Assembly (NCBI RefSeq): GCF_009914755.1
Contig: NC_060926.1
Source: the human T2T-CHM13v2.0 reference genome, Homo sapiens
Strand: one strand, 5' to 3'
DNA: 64,000 bases
Each line of letters starts with the position of its first letter. Position 1 is the stretch's first letter. The position numbers and the translations under genes are program-made. Below the pieces are notes generated by a model. It searched no databases. It saw only the letters and a program-made list of their open reading frames with translations, and was not told where the DNA came from. Of this stretch, positions 58,534 through 64,000 are shown piece after piece.

Positions 58534-60745
58534 CTACTTTTAGTGGAAATGTATACCAAGGGAGGCTTTATGAAGAAGTCATGTTTTAATTAGCTACTAA
58601 AGAATGGTTAGAAATGCATCCAGCAGAGAAAAGAGTCTGACATGTCTTGACATGAGAGGTGCATAAAGAGGTAAGGTAGGAGATGAGGCAAGATGAGTTT
58701 AAGGCTAGATTTTGAAGAGCTGTAAATGCTTGGCAATTAACAAAATGATCCTTTGAGGGTGGGTTAAATATCAGAACTATGCTTTCCAAAGGTTGTTCTG
58801 GCAATAGTTGTAAGATGGTGTGGAGCAGAGAAAGGATTAAAATTGGTAAAACTAGCTAACAGATTAGAGAAGGAGGGATATGGTTCTTACTAGCATAAAA
58901 GAAATAAAGATGGAAAAAAGCAAATGGATGTAAGAGATATCACATAGTTATAGAGCTGTTAAGTCTTGCCAGCTCATGAATATGTGGCACAGAGGTGCAA
59001 GGGAGATGATGGAATAAATAAATTATGATGTTAAGGTTTTAAATCTAGGAGACTGGAAAAATACTGATACTATCAACTGAAGGAGTTATTTTTGAAGGGA
59101 AGAAGATTAGTTATACTATATACTTGATATACTTGAACACATTGAGTTTTTAGAATAAAAATAATTCCTAACATGCATAGTCCTAATTTCATAAATAGAA
59201 GGTTTGTAAGTAATTGTGTGAAATTTGTCATTCCAGAAAATGACAACAGAAGAACTATCTCCAAATTGTAGGTTTTAGAGGGAAAGCATGAACAGAAGGT
59301 ACACGGGTTTCTTTGGATCTTATCTGCACTACTAGACATAGGCAAATTACTTAACCTTTGTAAGTCTATTCATCTGTAAATTTGGTGATAATGTTACCTA
59401 CTACATGAAGGTTTTGTGAGGACTAAGTAAGAACAGATCTGAAAGTAACCAACAGTGTTCCTACTTTAATAAGAAGATGCAGGTACAGCCCAGATTAAAG
59501 AAAAATAACAACTTGTTTTTGATGTTTACTTCCTATAAGCATTTATAAAAAGCCACACTGTCACCAACCACACACAAATATATATTTCTGACCAGTATGG
59601 CTACTACCCAATGAAAAAAAAAGTGAAAAAAAGACTCCCATAGTTGTACCATTATCTCTCATTCATCCACTCCTTACCCAAACTTAGGGAACCCAGTTAC
59701 AAAGGTATTTAGGCACATTATTTGTGCTAACAGTAACATGAATTCTATTTGGAATTAAAAGAAAACTCAAAAGATAACTAGCTCAACAACTCTTAAATCT
59801 TGACTTTTATGTGAATATTTATATATAGATTCTAAAATGATCTTCTGATCAGCAGGACAAATGTCTGATAATCTGTTCATGCAAAAATACAGTTCAATCA
59901 ATAAATATTCAAAATAGATATCAAATATTTGAAAATGCCATGTATCAGCCAAATATTCTAACTGCAATTTTTAAGACTCTTCCTATGATGCAAAAAGAAA
60001 TAAAATGTCTCCTAAAGTTTTATTTAAAGGAGTTTTGGCTAATAGTACTTAAAATTTTCAGACATTAAAAAAACCTTGGAAGAACAGACAGAAAGGTAGT
60101 AGCAGCAACAACAACTAAGAACACAGAATCTATCCCAGTCACAGTTCCCCAACCAAAAAACAGCATCATTATATGTCCCTATATGTCAGAGTTTAATTGT
60201 CCACAGAACCTCTCACAGGCCAACTTGTGAGGTTAAACTCCCATAGGTCTCAACACAACTCTACGGAATGAAGGAATGAAGAGTGAGGAGAAGAGGGAAT
60301 TCTCTTTGAGATAAAGGGGCTATGATCTAGTCAAGGGCAGTATCTTCTAATTGAAAGGGATCCTATGGGTCTCAATAAGAAAACCTCCCTGCCTTAAAGG
60401 AAAAATCAATCCTTTAAGGAAGGTAACTACCAATACCCTACTTAAAACTTAACTGAGAGGCCAAATCTATTTTTTGAGAACTAATGTGCCTAACTTATCA
60501 ATTTCATTAAGTAGTCAAAATTTTACTTACATAGGAAATTGATGTGTCTGCCAGTTCTTTATTATAAAGAATAATTCAAATCATTTAACATGAAATGTTA
60601 ATTTGACTTATTAGGTCCTAATATTTATTACTTTACAAAATTTTGAAATTGTTTTCTCACATTACTAACAAGGATCTACCTTTGCCAGTGAAATCCTAAA
60701 ATCTATTTAACTCTATAATTCAACACTCATAAAAAAGTGAAATAT

Positions 60746-61043
60746 GGCTGGGTGCAGTGGCTCACGCCTGTAATCCCAGCACTTCAGGAGGCCGAGGCGG
60801 GTGGATCACGAGGTCAAGAGATCGAGACCAGCCTGGCCAACATGGTGAAACCCTGTCTCTACTAAAAATACAAAAATTAGCTGGGCGTGGTGGCAGGCAC
60901 CTGTAATCCCAGCTACTCGGGAGGCTGAGGCAGGAGAATCGCTTGAACCAGGAGGCGGAGGTTGCAGTGAGCTGAGATGGTGCCCCTGCACTCCAGCCTG
61001 GGTGACAGAGCGAGACTCTGTCTCCAAAAAAAAAAAAAAAAAG
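60746..61043 (+). mobile_element. Alu (Sc/Sg type) with TSD AAGTGAAATA
   Basis: Full dimer, A tail and flanking direct repeat. Confidence 0.93.
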
Positions 61044-61624
61044 AAGTGAAATACTACCTTAAATGACACATCTCCTTTAAAACTTTAATAATGATTTTCA
61101 AATAGTCTATGTGTAAAGAATAAAATGTATGGTTTGTTAGTTCTCTGTTAAAAAAGAAACCAAGTGAAACAAATAATTTCTGTAAATAAATTCTAGTTTA
61201 GTAAGATAACTATACAGGGGAATAAACTAAAATCCCAGTACATAGTTGTCCAAGTTATTGAACTTATGAGTTAACACTTTAAAACAATTTATAATGTGAA
61301 GTGCTAAAAGAGGCTACTAATTCTATGAAAAGGTGATTAATTTTGGTCAGAAAGGCTTAATTCCTGCTATGGAAACAGCTCCACTTGCCAAATGAAGCAG
61401 ATTGCTTATAAATGTTATCTTTTGTTTGGGTAATTACACTTCTGATACTCAAATTATATACGCTTCATATTATTTGTCACAGATGAATGTACATAATTCA
61501 GTAGTTTCAAAAGTATAATATTATGAAATAAATTATTTCTGCAAGGAATCTCAAGGTAGTCTCATTTTCAGATTGGTACTCTTAAAAGCAGTAAAGTTAA
61601 ATTCATTACAATGAGTTCTTGAAT

Positions 61625-62730
61625 ATGACATGAAAAACACAGGGAATAAAAGCAAAAACAGACAAGTGGCACTATATCAAATTAAAGTGCTTCTTCATGG
61701 CAAAGGAAACAACAGACTGAAAAGAGAACCTACAGGACAGGAGAAAACATTTGCAAATCATATATTTGATAAGGGGTTAATATCTAAAATATATAACTCT
61801 TACAACTCAATAGCAAAAACCAGATAACCAGATTTTAAAAATGGCAAAGAACCTGAATAGACATTTTTGCAGTGAAGACATACAAATGGCCAACAGGTAT
61901 GTGAAAAGATGTCCAACATCACTAATCAGGGAAATGTAAAATCAAAATCACAATGAGATATCATCCCACACCTGTTAGGGTAATTACTCTCAAAAAGAAA
62001 GAGAAAGAAAGAGACAGACAGGAGTGTTGGCAAGGATATGGAGAAATTGGAACTCTCATACACTGTTGGGAGTGTGGGATTGTAAAATAGTGTTACACTG
62101 TTGGGAGTGTGGGATTGTAAAATAGTGTAACCACTATGGAAAACACTATAAAGGCTCCTCAAAAAATTAAGAATAGAACTATCTGATCCTGCAATCCCAC
62201 TTCTGGGTATTTATTCAAAAGAACTGAAATCAGGATATTGAAGTATTTGTGCTGTCATGTTCATTGCAATGTTATTCACAATGGCCAAATGGTGAAAGCA
62301 ACCCAAGTGTCCACTGATGGATGGATGAATAAACAAAATGTGATATATATATACAGTGAATATTATTCAGCCTTAAAAAAATCCTGCCATAAGTAACAAC
62401 ATGGGTGAACCTTGAGGACATTATGCAAAGTGAAATAAACCAGTCACAGAAGGTCAAATTCTATATGATTCCAATTATATGAGGTATCTAAAACAGTCAA
62501 ACTCATAGAACCAGAGAGTAGAATGGTGGTTGCCAGGGGCTGGGAGGACAGGGAAATTGGGGAGTTCCTATTTAATGGGTGTGAAGTTTCAGTTATGCAA
62601 GATGAATAAGTTCTAGAAAGCTGTTGTACAACCTCATGCCCATAGTTACCAACAGTGTATACTGTACACTTAAACATTTATTAAGAGGGTGAATCTTATG
62701 TTAAATGTTTTACCAAAATTAACAAAAAAG
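61625..62730 (+). mobile_element. Old L1 (L1MB-like) 3' fragment
   Basis: ORF2 C-terminal remnant (FANHIFDKGLISKIY) and L1MB-type 3' UTR (gtagaatggtggttgccaggggctggg). Confidence 0.85.
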
Positions 62731-63713
62731 AAAAGTTCATTCTAATAAATTTTACCATTCTGATTTAAAATACAACATTGGAAATGGAGAATTTATGACA
62801 ACATTTTGTACTCATGATATTTTTACTTAAGAAAGAGAATTATGTAGCATATTATAAATTCTACATTCATTCATAAATTTGATTATCATTGGTTCCAACT
62901 AGATATTATTTTCACACATTCCATCGATAAATTCATCTCTCAGCTTTCTTTCACATTCCATTGATAAATTCATCTCTCTAAGCTTTCTTTATTTCTCCAG
63001 CATTACTGAGTTGATGCAATAAGGGAAAAGAGTTCTTTCTAGACTTCCTTAGCTAAGAGCTCTTAGCATTGAGGGCAGAAGAAATAGTTAGCTGCATGTT
63101 GTTTTTTGAGGTCAATTCCACAGCCCTATCTAGCATTCTTTTCTGATAAAAGGTGAACTTCAATCTTTTATATGTGTCCATTTTCATGACTTATGGTAGC
63201 TTTCCCTAAACTCATATACATACACACACACACACACATCCCTCTATGACCTTGCCTTCTTCCCTTTGACCTACTCTTCAAAGGTAGCTCCTTCACCTTG
63301 ATTGAAGCCCCTCCAAAATCTTTAGAACCTTATACCACAGTGCTTTTTAAAATTTCTTTTATCTTAAATCCCCTTCTCTCATTTTATTGACTCTTTTCTT
63401 TCCATCAAAAATCATCTCGTCTTTAACATCTGTAAAATCCTTGGCTCCTTCTCCTGCTCTAGGAACTCCCTGTCTTCTGAGGCACAATGCTTGAAATAGT
63501 CATCTTCATTTTCTCACTTTCTATTGTAATCAATCAATTACAGCCTGGTAGGTGTGCTCATCCCTCTAATAAAACTGTGTTGACACTGGTTACCAATGAC
63601 CTCTATGTTGCCAAATTCAATCAACATTTTTGGTCCATATCACACTGCTTTAACACTGTTTATCACTCTCCTTTTTGCAATGTTTGATTTGCTTGATTAC
63701 TGTTATTATTACA

Positions 63714-64000
63714 TGTGTAGAAAAGACTTAACATAGCAGGCCTGATTGGTATCCTCTGGAAGGCCTTCTTACAAGGTTGGTCCTTGGCCTGGCATATGGG
63801 AACTTGGATTTTGGGAGGGTTAAGATGAGCTCTTAATATGGACCTGAACTATTTGCGCTAACAATGTGGATTATGCTGAATACCTGCTTTTCTTCAGGGA
63901 ATCTGATATTTTGGCACATGCTATGCAGAGGGTACCTACAGGTACCAGCCCCCAGTAAAAACCTGGACACTGAGTCTCTAATGAGCTTCCCTGGTAGATA
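63714..64000 (+). mobile_element. ERVL-class LTR (MER68/MER21-like), running off the window edge
   Basis: TG start; ttaacatagcaggcctga, aaggttggtccttggc and ccagcccccagtaaaaacc..cactgagtctctaatgagcttccctggtaga blocks. Confidence 0.7.

Overview
Primate (very probably human) genomic DNA holding the 3' part of BAZ2B (bromodomain adjacent to zinc finger domain 2B, an ISWI-associated chromatin reader) on the minus strand. Twelve coding exons with GT-AG boundaries and matching phases (57966 down to the TGA at 3566) total 2502 nt (833 aa plus stop). They encode the WHIM2/WSD region, a low-complexity linker, WHIM3, the PHD finger and the C-terminal bromodomain, followed by an AU-rich 3' UTR with several poly(A) signals. 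The introns are full of Alu, L1, L2 and DNA-transposon relics. The 22.7-kb intron (33585-56258) contains a full-length L1PA7-like element with a 16-bp TSD directly next to a very old two-LTR provirus that combines class III (ERV-L/HERV-S-like) gag-pro-pol remnants with a gamma-type env remnant. The most interesting signals not explained by this annotation are candidate splicing switches around the WHIM3-PHD-bromodomain module: an in-frame 105-nt alternative donor, a 28-nt microexon only 46 nt from the next exon, a 103-nt poison exon and an alternative terminal exon that would truncate the bromodomain. All calls come from reading the sequence by eye; repeat subfamily names and the novelty of the splice events need database checks.
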